DNA of 64,000 nt from Thermodesulfobacteriota bacterium (GTDB lineage: Bacteria > Desulfobacterota_D > UBA1144 > Nemesobacterales > UBA2774). The position numbers and the translations under genes were made by a program. The stretch spans positions 277,681-341,680 of the forward strand of contig OY729416.1 in the NCBI GenBank assembly GCA_963422265.1, read 5' to 3'. Shown in pieces: positions 40,255 to 48,522 of the stretch. Below the pieces are notes generated by a model that made no database searches, had not been told where the DNA came from, and worked only from the letters and a program-made list of their open reading frames with translations. Position 1 is the first letter of the stretch, and each line of letters opens with the position of its first letter.

Positions 40255-43200
40255 GTGCTCGACACCCAACCCTCGGGCAACGTCACCGTCACGCCCACCA
40301 GCGGCGATAGCGACGTGGCGACCGTATCCCCGGTCTCCCTGACGTTTACCACGAGCAACTGGAGTACGGCACAGATCGTCACCGTCACCGGTGTGGACGA
40401 CAGCAGCGATGGTGATAGAAGTACCACCATCACCCATGCAGCCTCTGGTGGTGGCTACGACTCAGTGGTCATTGCCAGCGTCAGTGTAACGCTGACCGAT
40501 GACGACACCGCCGGTGTCACCGTGTCCGAGAGCGGTGTCACGGTAACCGAAGCCAGTGGCAGCAGTAATACCAACACCTACACCGTAGTACTCAACACCC
40601 GGCCGAGTGGCAACGTCACCGTCACGCCGACCAGCGGCGATACCAATGTGGCGACCGTATCTGGGGCCCTGACCTTTACCACCAGCAACTGGAGTACGGC
40701 ACAGTCCATCACCGTCACCGGTGTGGACGACAGCAGCGATGGTGATAGAAGCACCACCATCACCCATGCAGCCTCTGGCGGCGGCTACAACGCAGTGGTC
40801 ATCTCCGACGTAGCGGTAACGCTGACCGATGACGACACCGCCGGTGTCACCGTGTCCGAGAGCAGCGTCACGGTAACCGAAGCCAGTGGCAGCAGTAATA
40901 CCAACACCTACACCGTAAAACTTAACACCCGGCCGAGTGGCACCGTCACCGTCACGCCCACCAGCGGCGATAGCGACGTGGCGACCGTATCCCCGGTCTC
41001 CCTGACGTTTACCACGAGCAACTGGGGTACGGCACAGTCCATCACCGTCACCGGTGTGGACGACAGCAGCGATGGGGATAGAAGCACCACCATCACCCAT
41101 GCAGCCTCTGGCGGCGGCTACAACGCAGTGGTCATCTCCGACGTAGCGGTAACGCTGACCGATGACGATAACAACTCGCCGACGGGTTCGGTAACCATTA
41201 CTGGGGCGGCGACGCAGGGGCAGAGGCTTACGGCAGATACCAGCACGATCGTTGATCCAGACGGTCCGAGTAATCTGACGTTCAGCTATCAATGGAAGCG
41301 GGGCGGGACTGACATCAGCGGGGCGACCAGTAGCACCTACGTTCTAACACAGGCGGACGTCGGTTCTATGATCACAGTAGTAGTGAGTTGGACGGACAGC
41401 GGTAGTACAGTGGAATCTCTGACCTCTGCTGCTACAGCAAGTGTAGCGAACTTAAACGACTTGCCGACTGGTGCAGTAACCATTACGGGGACGGTGACGC
41501 AGGGGCAGACACTGACCGCGGATACCGGCACGATTGTTGACCCAGACGGTCCGAGTAATCTGACGTTCAGCTATCAATGGAAGCGGGGTGGGACTGATAT
41601 CAACGGGGCGACCAGTAGCACCTACGTTCTGACACAGGCGGACGTAGGTTCTGTGATCACAGTAGTAGTGAGTTGGACGGACGCTGGTGGGGCATCGGAA
41701 TCCCTCACCTCTGCTGCTACAGCAAGTGTGGCAAACACCAACAACTTGCCGACTGGTGCAGTAACCATTACTGGGACGGTGACGCAGGGGCAGACGCTTA
41801 CGGCGGATACCGGCACGATCGTTGATCCAGACGGTCCGAGTAGTCTGACGTTCAGCTATCAGTGGAAGCGAGGTGGGACTGATATCAGCGGGGCGACCAG
41901 TAGCACCTACGTTCTGACACAGGCGGACGTCGGTTCTGTGATCACAGTAGTAGTGAGTTGGACGGACAGCGGTAGTACAGTGGAGACTCTTACCTCTGCT
42001 GCTACAGCAAGTGTAGCGAACGTAAACGACTTGCCGACTGGTGCGGTAACCATCACCGGGACGGCGACCCAGGGCCAGACACTGACCGCGGATACCAGCA
42101 CGATTGTTGACCCAGACGGTCCGAGTAATCTGACGTTCAGCTATCAGTGGAAGCGAGGTGGGACTGACATCAGCGGGGCGACCAGTAGCACCTACGTTCT
42201 GACACAGGCGGACGTCGGTTCTGTGATCACAGTAGTAGTGAGTTGGACGGACAGCGGTAGTACAGTGGAGACTCTTACCTCTGCTGCTACAGCAAGTGTA
42301 GCGAACGTAAACGACTCGCCGACTGGTGCAGTCACCATCACCGGCACGGCGACCCAGGGCCAGACACTGACCGCGGATACCAGCACGATCGTTGATCCAG
42401 ACGGCCCGAGTAATCTGACGTTCAGCTATCAATGGAAGCGAGGTGGGACTGACATCAGCGGCGGCGCCAGTAGCACCTACGTTCTGACACAGGCGGACGT
42501 CGGGGCGGCAATCACCGTCACTGTGAGCTGGACTGACGCTGGTGGGGCATCGGAATCTCTTACCTCTGCTGCTACAGCAAGTGTAGCGAACGTAAACGAC
42601 TTGCCGACTGGTGCGGTAACCATTACGGGGACGGCAACCCAGGGGCAGACACTGACCGCGGATACCAGCACGATTGTTGACCCAGACGGTCCGAGTAATC
42701 TGACGTTCAGCTATCAATGGAAGCGGGGTGGGACTGACATCAGCGGGGCGACCAGTAGCACCTACATTCTGACACAGGCGGACGTCGGTTCTGTGATCAC
42801 AGTAGTAGTGAGTTGGACGGACGCTGGTGGGACATCGGAATCCCTCACCTCTGCTGCTACAGCAAGTGTAGCGAACGTAAACGACTTGCCGACTGGTGCG
42901 GTAACCATTACGGGGACGGCAACCCAGGGGCAGACGCTTACAGCGGATACCGGCACGATCGTTGATCCAGACGGTCCGAGCAGTCTGACGTTCAGCTATC
43001 AATGGAAGCGAGGCGGGACTGATATCAACGGGGCGACCAGTAGCACCTACATTATGACACAGGCGGACGTCGGTTCTGTGATCACAGTAGTAGTGAGTTG
43101 GACGGACAGCGGTAGTACAGTGGAATCTCTGACCTCTGCTGCTACAGCAAGTGTAGCGAACGTAAACGACTCGCCGACTGGTGCGGTAACCATTACGGGG

Positions 43201-45618
43201 ACGGCGACCCAGGGCCAGACACTGACCGCGGATACCGGCACGATTGTTGACCCAGACGGTCCGAGTAATCTGACGTTCAGCTATCAATGGAAGCGAGGCG
43301 GGACTGACATCAGCGGCGCCACTACTAGCACCTACGTTCTGACACAGGCGGACGTAGGTTCTGTGATCACAGTAGTAGTGAGTTGGACGGACGCTGGTGG
43401 GGCATCGGAATCTCTTACCTCGACTGCCACTGCGAAGGTGATTAACATCAGCGGTGCTGACTCTGGCACGATTATTGATGTAGTAGAGGACGGTGGTCGC
43501 AGCATCATCACGGCAACGGTTGACGAGACGGCTGTGAAGCTGACGCTGCCATCTGGACACGGCGTGACGGAGATTGAGTTTTCACCGGCGGCGCCCACTG
43601 TTACTGAGCCGTCGGGCGTGAGCTTTGGGGGTAAACCGTCTTACGTGGATATAGATCTGGACGTGGAGCTCTCGTCATCATCAAGTGCCATCGTCTGTCT
43701 GGAGGAGCCCGAAGAGCTGTCAGGTAATCTATCGGTATATCATCTTGCCGATGTAGAAGGTGCGGGGTGGAGGAAGCTGCCGTCGCCTGCATCGGTGCCC
43801 AGCGGTTATGTATGCGGTAAAACGAGTAGTTTTTCTACTTTTGTATTGGGTTCGCCAAAGCCGACTTTCGGTTCAGAATCCATTGGGGACTATGTCTGGA
43901 CGGTTGGTGTGGAAGTTGTTGATGTTGTTCTACCTGAGGCTACTGGTGGTGACGGTGTTATTACCTACAGTCTGAGACCGTCTCTACCATTGGATCTTAA
44001 GTTTAATGATGATTCTCCTCGCGCTATCACTGGCAAGCCGACTGAGGCGTTAGCTAAGACGAAGTTCACCTACAAGGCTGAGGACGTAGATGGCGATACA
44101 AGTGAGTTGTCATTTAGCATAACGGTTCGTGCAGCCGAGGAAAAGGAGCGAGCGCGTGTTCTTTCTGTAGTGTTAGCTTCTTTTGGACGGGCAGCTGCAA
44201 CCGGAGCGGTGGACGTAATAGGTGAACGTTTTGTTTCTTCTTCTTCTCTGGCAGGTAGTCCTAAATTGACATTGGGTGGTGTTTCTATGACATCGTTTGA
44301 CACTCGTTCTGTGGCAGGAGCTGTGGATGGGGTGTTGGGTCTGAGTGGTGGTTCAGATATTGAATTGTTGGAGGGTTTAGATCGAGAGCCTGTTGAGTTA
44401 CGGCGTGTTTCTGGGAGGGATTTGTTTGCGCAGAGCGAATTTTCTATTCCTTTGAGTAGTAGTGGTGATATGGGAGGAGTGATGCGAGGTTGGACGTTAT
44501 GGGGCAGTGGTGCGGGTAGTGGATTTTCTGGTAGTAATTTGGATGGAGATATAGATACAGAGGGTGAGTTGTATACGGGCTACATGGGATTGGACTATAG
44601 GTTTGGTAATAGGGGTTTGGCGGGAGTAGCGATATCTCGTAGTGTTGGAGAGGTGGACTATGAGGTGGATGGTAGCTTTCATCTTATGGGTGGAGAGACA
44701 GGTAGTATCCGAGGGGAGGTAGATTTGGAGTTGACGAGCGTTCTTCCATATGCGCACTACACTATTCGTCCTGGTCTTAGTATATGGGGTTTGTTTGGAG
44801 CGGGTATAGGCGATATTGAGTTGGAGGATGGGGCAGGAGAAGTAGAGGCGGACGTAAATATGCTGATGGTAGCGTTGGGAGTGCGTCAGGAGTTGGCTAG
44901 ATGGGGAGATATAGATTTTGGGTTAAAGAGTGATGGTTTTGCAGTGCAGTTAAAGACAGAGGGGGTGGAAGGTCTTTCTGGTGTTAGTGGAGTAGCGCGT
45001 CGTTTGCGATTAGGTTTAGAGATGAGCCGTGACGTGTATGTGACAGGAGATTCTTTGTTGCTACCAAGTGTGGAGATAGGGGGGCGATGGGACGGCGGAG
45101 ATGCGGATAGTGGAGTAGGTATGGAGGTAGGCGGAGGTATAGAGTATGTTCATAGAGGTTTGGGTTTGAGCGTGGAGGTTCGAGGGAGGTATTTGTTGTT
45201 TCATGAGGAGTCTGAGTTTGAGGATTGGGGAGGTAGTTTTTCATTGCGGATGGGTGATGGAGTTCGGGGGCGTGGATTGTGGTTGAAGTTTGAGCCTGAG
45301 TGGGGTGAGGTAGCGAGTGGAGTAGAGCGAATGTGGCGAGGTGAGGTTGATAGTGGGTTAGGAGTAGGGAAGCGGGGTTTATCTCCTGGGCGTGTGAAGT
45401 TTGACGTTGGATATGGTATGGAGACGCGAGGTAGTGGGTGGCTTGTAACGCCGTATAGTGGCGTATCTATTATGAGGGAGGGGGAGCGCGAGTATAGGTT
45501 GGGTGGCAAGGTAGGTGTAGGGGAGTGGATGGATATAAGTTTGGAGGGGGAGCGTCGAGAGGTTTCTAATGGAGTTGTGGATCACGGAATACTATTATGG
45601 TGGAAGCTGTTATTGTAG
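40255..45618 (+). CDS. C-terminal 1787-aa ORF of the giant adhesin: 3 beta-sandwich domains, 8 more 95-aa repeats (array B), a cadherin-like domain and a C-terminal autotransporter-like beta-barrel
   Basis: Frame is open from 39891; the first start codon is a GTG at 40255, inside a domain. The tail GWTLWGSGAGSGFSGSNLDGDIDTEGELYTGYMGLDYRFGNRGLAGVAISRS has a type Va beta-domain-like pattern. YSLRPSLPLDLKFNDDSPRAITGKPTE..FTYKAEDVDGDTS resembles He_PIG/dystroglycan-type cadherin domains. Confidence 0.75.
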   Translation: MLDTQPSGNVTVTPTSGDSDVATVSPVSLTFTTSNWSTAQIVTVTGVDDSSDGDRSTTITHAASGGGYDSVVIASVSVTLTDDDTAGVTVSESGVTVTEASGSSNTNTYTVVLNTRPSGNVTVTPTSGDTNVATVSGALTFTTSNWSTAQSITVTGVDDSSDGDRSTTITHAASGGGYNAVVISDVAVTLTDDDTAGVTVSESSVTVTEASGSSNTNTYTVKLNTRPSGTVTVTPTSGDSDVATVSPVSLTFTTSNWGTAQSITVTGVDDSSDGDRSTTITHAASGGGYNAVVISDVAVTLTDDDNNSPTGSVTITGAATQGQRLTADTSTIVDPDGPSNLTFSYQWKRGGTDISGATSSTYVLTQADVGSMITVVVSWTDSGSTVESLTSAATASVANLNDLPTGAVTITGTVTQGQTLTADTGTIVDPDGPSNLTFSYQWKRGGTDINGATSSTYVLTQADVGSVITVVVSWTDAGGASESLTSAATASVANTNNLPTGAVTITGTVTQGQTLTADTGTIVDPDGPSSLTFSYQWKRGGTDISGATSSTYVLTQADVGSVITVVVSWTDSGSTVETLTSAATASVANVNDLPTGAVTITGTATQGQTLTADTSTIVDPDGPSNLTFSYQWKRGGTDISGATSSTYVLTQADVGSVITVVVSWTDSGSTVETLTSAATASVANVNDSPTGAVTITGTATQGQTLTADTSTIVDPDGPSNLTFSYQWKRGGTDISGGASSTYVLTQADVGAAITVTVSWTDAGGASESLTSAATASVANVNDLPTGAVTITGTATQGQTLTADTSTIVDPDGPSNLTFSYQWKRGGTDISGATSSTYILTQADVGSVITVVVSWTDAGGTSESLTSAATASVANVNDLPTGAVTITGTATQGQTLTADTGTIVDPDGPSSLTFSYQWKRGGTDINGATSSTYIMTQADVGSVITVVVSWTDSGSTVESLTSAATASVANVNDSPTGAVTITGTATQGQTLTADTGTIVDPDGPSNLTFSYQWKRGGTDISGATTSTYVLTQADVGSVITVVVSWTDAGGASESLTSTATAKVINISGADSGTIIDVVEDGGRSIITATVDETAVKLTLPSGHGVTEIEFSPAAPTVTEPSGVSFGGKPSYVDIDLDVELSSSSSAIVCLEEPEELSGNLSVYHLADVEGAGWRKLPSPASVPSGYVCGKTSSFSTFVLGSPKPTFGSESIGDYVWTVGVEVVDVVLPEATGGDGVITYSLRPSLPLDLKFNDDSPRAITGKPTEALAKTKFTYKAEDVDGDTSELSFSITVRAAEEKERARVLSVVLASFGRAAATGAVDVIGERFVSSSSLAGSPKLTLGGVSMTSFDTRSVAGAVDGVLGLSGGSDIELLEGLDREPVELRRVSGRDLFAQSEFSIPLSSSGDMGGVMRGWTLWGSGAGSGFSGSNLDGDIDTEGELYTGYMGLDYRFGNRGLAGVAISRSVGEVDYEVDGSFHLMGGETGSIRGEVDLELTSVLPYAHYTIRPGLSIWGLFGAGIGDIELEDGAGEVEADVNMLMVALGVRQELARWGDIDFGLKSDGFAVQLKTEGVEGLSGVSGVARRLRLGLEMSRDVYVTGDSLLLPSVEIGGRWDGGDADSGVGMEVGGGIEYVHRGLGLSVEVRGRYLLFHEESEFEDWGGSFSLRMGDGVRGRGLWLKFEPEWGEVASGVERMWRGEVDSGLGVGKRGLSPGRVKFDVGYGMETRGSGWLVTPYSGVSIMREGEREYRLGGKVGVGEWMDISLEGERREVSNGVVDHGILLWWKLLL
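41160..43440 (+). repeat. Tandem 285-bp repeat array B (8 units). Same protein repeat as array A but with a different synonymous codon set.
   Basis: E.g. ccgaccggggccgtcaccatcaccggcacc (A) versus ccgactggtgcggtaaccattacggggacg (B); both encode PTGAVTITGT. Confidence 0.8.
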
Positions 45619-45633
45619 AAAGAATAAAGATTA

Positions 45634-45668
45634 AATCCCCCCCCCTTCCCTTTACAAAAGGGGGGATT
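45634..45668 (+). terminator. GC hairpin aatccccccccc...ggggggatt just after the giant gene stop. The loop is long and no U-tract follows.
   Basis: C9 at 45637-45645 and G6 at 45660-45665. Confidence 0.3.
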
Positions 45669-45744
45669 GTATAGGGAATGAACTCTCGTCCCCCGATGCT
45701 CTATCTGGATTCCTAGTCGAGCTGGTAATGATGGGCAAGTTGGT

Positions 45745-45925
45745 AATGACGGGTTGTTAAAAGCTGTTAGAACTAGCTATTCTCTTTCATTTTCCATCTT
45801 TTTTCTGTTACTTTCTCGGCACTTTTCTTTAACTTTTCTATTCATTTTCTATCCTTTTTATCTCTTTTCTTTAACGTGGTAAGCACGTCTCTATGAGGCA
45901 TGTCCTCATAATAATTTAAGCTCTC
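45745..45925. repeat. About 170-bp dispersed repeat element, copy B, inverted relative to copy A at 4925-5100
   Basis: The reverse complement aligns with 4925-5100, including the ccacgttaaagaaaag and atgaaagagaatagctagtt ends. Confidence 0.65.
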
Positions 45926-46042
45926 TTGGGTGGCAAATATGACGTCGCTAATTGAGGCCTAATTAAGGCGGCAGACGCTTTCCTTTCAACTCCCACTAGG
46001 TTAAACTTGCTTATCAATAGGATATAAAAATTGAGGAGGTAA

Positions 46043-46810
46043 ATGGAGATGAGGCTTACAGGCAAGATCGCCTTGATCACGGGTGGGGGTGAAGGCATAG
46101 GCAGGGCTACGGCTCTGTTATTTTCCGAGTCGGGGGTGGATGTTGGTATAATGGGTAGAACCGAGTCTAAACTTGATGGTGTAGTGCAGGAAGCCCAGGG
46201 TCCGGGGGAAATTACGGCTTATCAGGGAGACGTTTCGGTTGAGGGAGACGTAAAGAGGGTAGTCAATAGCTTTTATGATAAACACGGAAAGATAGACATA
46301 CTTTTTAATAATGCGGGAATTCTCGAAGGTGGGACGGTAGTTACGACTTCCGTGGATACGTGGGATCGGACAATGAATATAAATGTAAAGGGAATATTTC
46401 TGATGAGTAAACACGTTCTACCTCTTATGGTAAAGCACGGCGGGGGCGCTGTCATAAATAATTCTTCCGTTCTGGGAATGGTAGGAATGGAAGGATGTGT
46501 AGCTTATAATGCCTCTAAAGGGGCAGTGAGGCAGATAACGAGAAGTATGGCGATTGATCACGCTGGTGATAATATACGCGTGAATTCAGTTTGTCCGGGG
46601 TATATCAAGACCAAGATGGATCCAGAGTTTATGGGCAATCCTCCTGATGCTGAAGAGCAGCTTGACAAGATCGCTGCGGATATGATTCCCTTGGTTAGAA
46701 GAGCGGAAGCCGTTGAAGTGGGTCACGCCGTGTTATATCTGGCAAGTGACGAGGCAAGATACGTAACGGGTTCCGATTTGGTCATTGATGGAGGATGGAC
46801 AGCCGTCTAA
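46043..46810 (+). CDS. SDR-family oxidoreductase (classical short-chain dehydrogenase)
   Basis: TGGGEGIGRA Rossmann motif, NNAG, and the YNASK catalytic YxxxK. Confidence 0.85.
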   Translation: MEMRLTGKIALITGGGEGIGRATALLFSESGVDVGIMGRTESKLDGVVQEAQGPGEITAYQGDVSVEGDVKRVVNSFYDKHGKIDILFNNAGILEGGTVVTTSVDTWDRTMNINVKGIFLMSKHVLPLMVKHGGGAVINNSSVLGMVGMEGCVAYNASKGAVRQITRSMAIDHAGDNIRVNSVCPGYIKTKMDPEFMGNPPDAEEQLDKIAADMIPLVRRAEAVEVGHAVLYLASDEARYVTGSDLVIDGGWTAV

Positions 46811-46912
46811 ATTTCGTTGCTACTCAACTGATGTTCGCGTAGAAATTACGTAAGCGCATCCTCAACTCCGATTGGGGAACGATGACGGAATTAGGTGTAA
46901 TCTTAACTTTGC

Positions 46913-47980
46913 CTATAGTTTCTCAACGGTATCAAGTACCTTCTCGGCAATTTTCGTAAAAGACTTAGCTGCTGTGCTCTCGGGATAAGACTCTACTATT
47001 GGCACTCCCGAATCTCCGCCCTTTCTGATCTTTGGGTCTATAGGTATCTCGCCTAGGAACGGCACGCCGAATTTTTCAGCCATTTTTCTCCCTCCGCCTC
47101 TACCAAAGATATCTATCGGCTCACCCCCACCGGCGTTTTCAAGGTAGCTCATGTTTTCTACTATACCGATTATGGGAACGTTTAATTTTCTGAACATCTG
47201 CACGCCACGCTTAACGTCTATAAGCGCTACGTCTTGAGGAGTGGTTATGATTAACCCCCCGCTTATAGGCACGGTTTGCGCTAGGGACAGTTGGGCGTCA
47301 CCCGTTCCAGGAGGAAGGTCTATTACAAGGTGCTCCGTATCGCCCCACCTAACGTCTTCTATAAACTGCTTAATCGCCCCGTGAACCATAGGACCACGCC
47401 ATATTACCGTTTCATCTTCATTGATCAGGAAGCCGATTGACATAAGTTTAAGGCCGAATTTGGAGAGCGGTATTATTTTGTTGTCTTCGGTTGCTCTGGG
47501 TCTTTCTTTTACACCTAGCATTATAGGCGTGCTCGGACCCCAGATGTCCGCGTCCATAAGTCCTACTCTATCTCTCATCTGAGCAAGCGCTACGGCTACG
47601 TTCACCGCGACGGTGGATTTGCCCACCCCGCCTTTGCCGCTCGCAACAGCAATGTAGTATTTAACGTCCGGCAGCTTCCCCGCTTGTGGCTTGGCTTGCC
47701 CACGTTCCCGTCCTTGTACAGGAGGGCTTTTAGGTTGTCTTGCCGATATGTGAATTGCTACATCGGAAACCCCCGATATGCTCGTAACGACGGATCTTAT
47801 GGATTTCTCAATCTCAGTCCCAATACGTTTATCAGACTTCGGTAGCACAAGAGACAACTCTACTTTATTGCCTTGTATGTTTATATCTTTTACGATACCA
47901 AACGATACGATGTCTCTTGTAAATCCGGGATATTTTACGTTTTTAAGGACTCTGCGGATTTCGTCAACGTTAAGCTCCAT
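46913..47980 (-). CDS. Mrp/NBP35 (ApbC) iron-sulfur cluster carrier ATPase with an N-terminal DUF59 domain
   Basis: SGKGGVGKST deviant Walker A; CxxC near the C-terminus. Confidence 0.9.
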   Translation of the reverse strand: MELNVDEIRRVLKNVKYPGFTRDIVSFGIVKDINIQGNKVELSLVLPKSDKRIGTEIEKSIRSVVTSISGVSDVAIHISARQPKSPPVQGRERGQAKPQAGKLPDVKYYIAVASGKGGVGKSTVAVNVAVALAQMRDRVGLMDADIWGPSTPIMLGVKERPRATEDNKIIPLSKFGLKLMSIGFLINEDETVIWRGPMVHGAIKQFIEDVRWGDTEHLVIDLPPGTGDAQLSLAQTVPISGGLIITTPQDVALIDVKRGVQMFRKLNVPIIGIVENMSYLENAGGGEPIDIFGRGGGRKMAEKFGVPFLGEIPIDPKIRKGGDSGVPIVESYPESTAAKSFTKIAEKVLDTVEKL

Positions 47981-48001
47981 TATATTCTTGTTGCGCTCCT
48001 T

Positions 48002-48418
48002 TTAAGCTATGCCCAGCTTTTGTTTAGCTTCCTCTGTCATCATGTCAGGATTCCAAGGTGGATCCCATACTACTTCAACGAGCACGTTCTTGGCTCCCGC
48101 TTCCTTTATCGCCTCTTCGGCCTGACTGGCTATCATAGCCCCCATACCACATCCCGGGGTAGTCAAGGTCATTTTAAGGTTGACGTTCTTACCCGAAGAG
48201 ATAGCTACGTTATAGATAAGCCCTAAGTCAACTATACTTACAGGGATCTCTGGATCATATACTTTCCCAAGCGCTTCATATACGCGGTTCTCAGTTAATG
48301 GATGCTGGGTCTCGCTTTTTTCAGGCTTTTCAAACTTCTTAAAGGTTACGCCCTTTTCCGAAGGGACCGCAGGCGGGTCTTTCTTTATACTTATTATTTT
48401 CCTCATTCCCATTTTCAA
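48002..48418 (-). CDS. DUF59 (MIP18/SufT-like) Fe-S cluster assembly protein
   Basis: VYDPEIPVSIVDLGLIY...TTPGCG motif. Confidence 0.7.
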   Translation of the reverse strand: MKMGMRKIISIKKDPPAVPSEKGVTFKKFEKPEKSETQHPLTENRVYEALGKVYDPEIPVSIVDLGLIYNVAISSGKNVNLKMTLTTPGCGMGAMIASQAEEAIKEAGAKNVLVEVVWDPPWNPDMMTEEAKQKLGIA

Positions 48419-48522
48419 TACCCTCCTATTCCTAAAATATCATATCACTTCTAAGGTTACCTGCTTTATCTAAAGATAGTTAGCTCCATGCGTTAGATAT
48501 AATACATGTCTAATTATATGTT

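Noticed and set aside
32040-43440. Possibility that the regular 285-bp periodicity is a CRISPR array
   Set aside because: The repeats are contiguous with no unique spacers. They are 285 bp long and translate into a conserved protein domain.
30098-43598. Dozens of long minus-strand ORFs across the repeat region (e.g. 37547..39304 at 585 aa, 41452..43560 at 702 aa, 36122..37054, 40462..41292, 31532..32155), and the periodic 64- and 77-aa ones
   Set aside because: They are antisense to an ORF with a signal peptide and clear FN3 domains. They encode low-complexity Gly/Arg/Val-rich sequence and stay open only because the coding strand is C-rich, so stop codons are rare on the antisense strand.
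44070-45585. Minus-strand Pro/Ser/Thr/His-rich ORFs opposite the adhesin 3' end
   Set aside because: An artefact of the C-depleted coding strand, which makes the antisense strand G-poor with few stop codons. No RBS and no recognisable domains.
4925-45925. Interpreting the inverted 170-bp repeats as ends of a composite transposon or genomic island
   Set aside because: The copies are only about 75-80% identical, no transposase or integrase lies between or beside them, and the interior is dominated by essential genes (nusA, infB, pnp). Treated instead as a dispersed repeat family with inversion potential.
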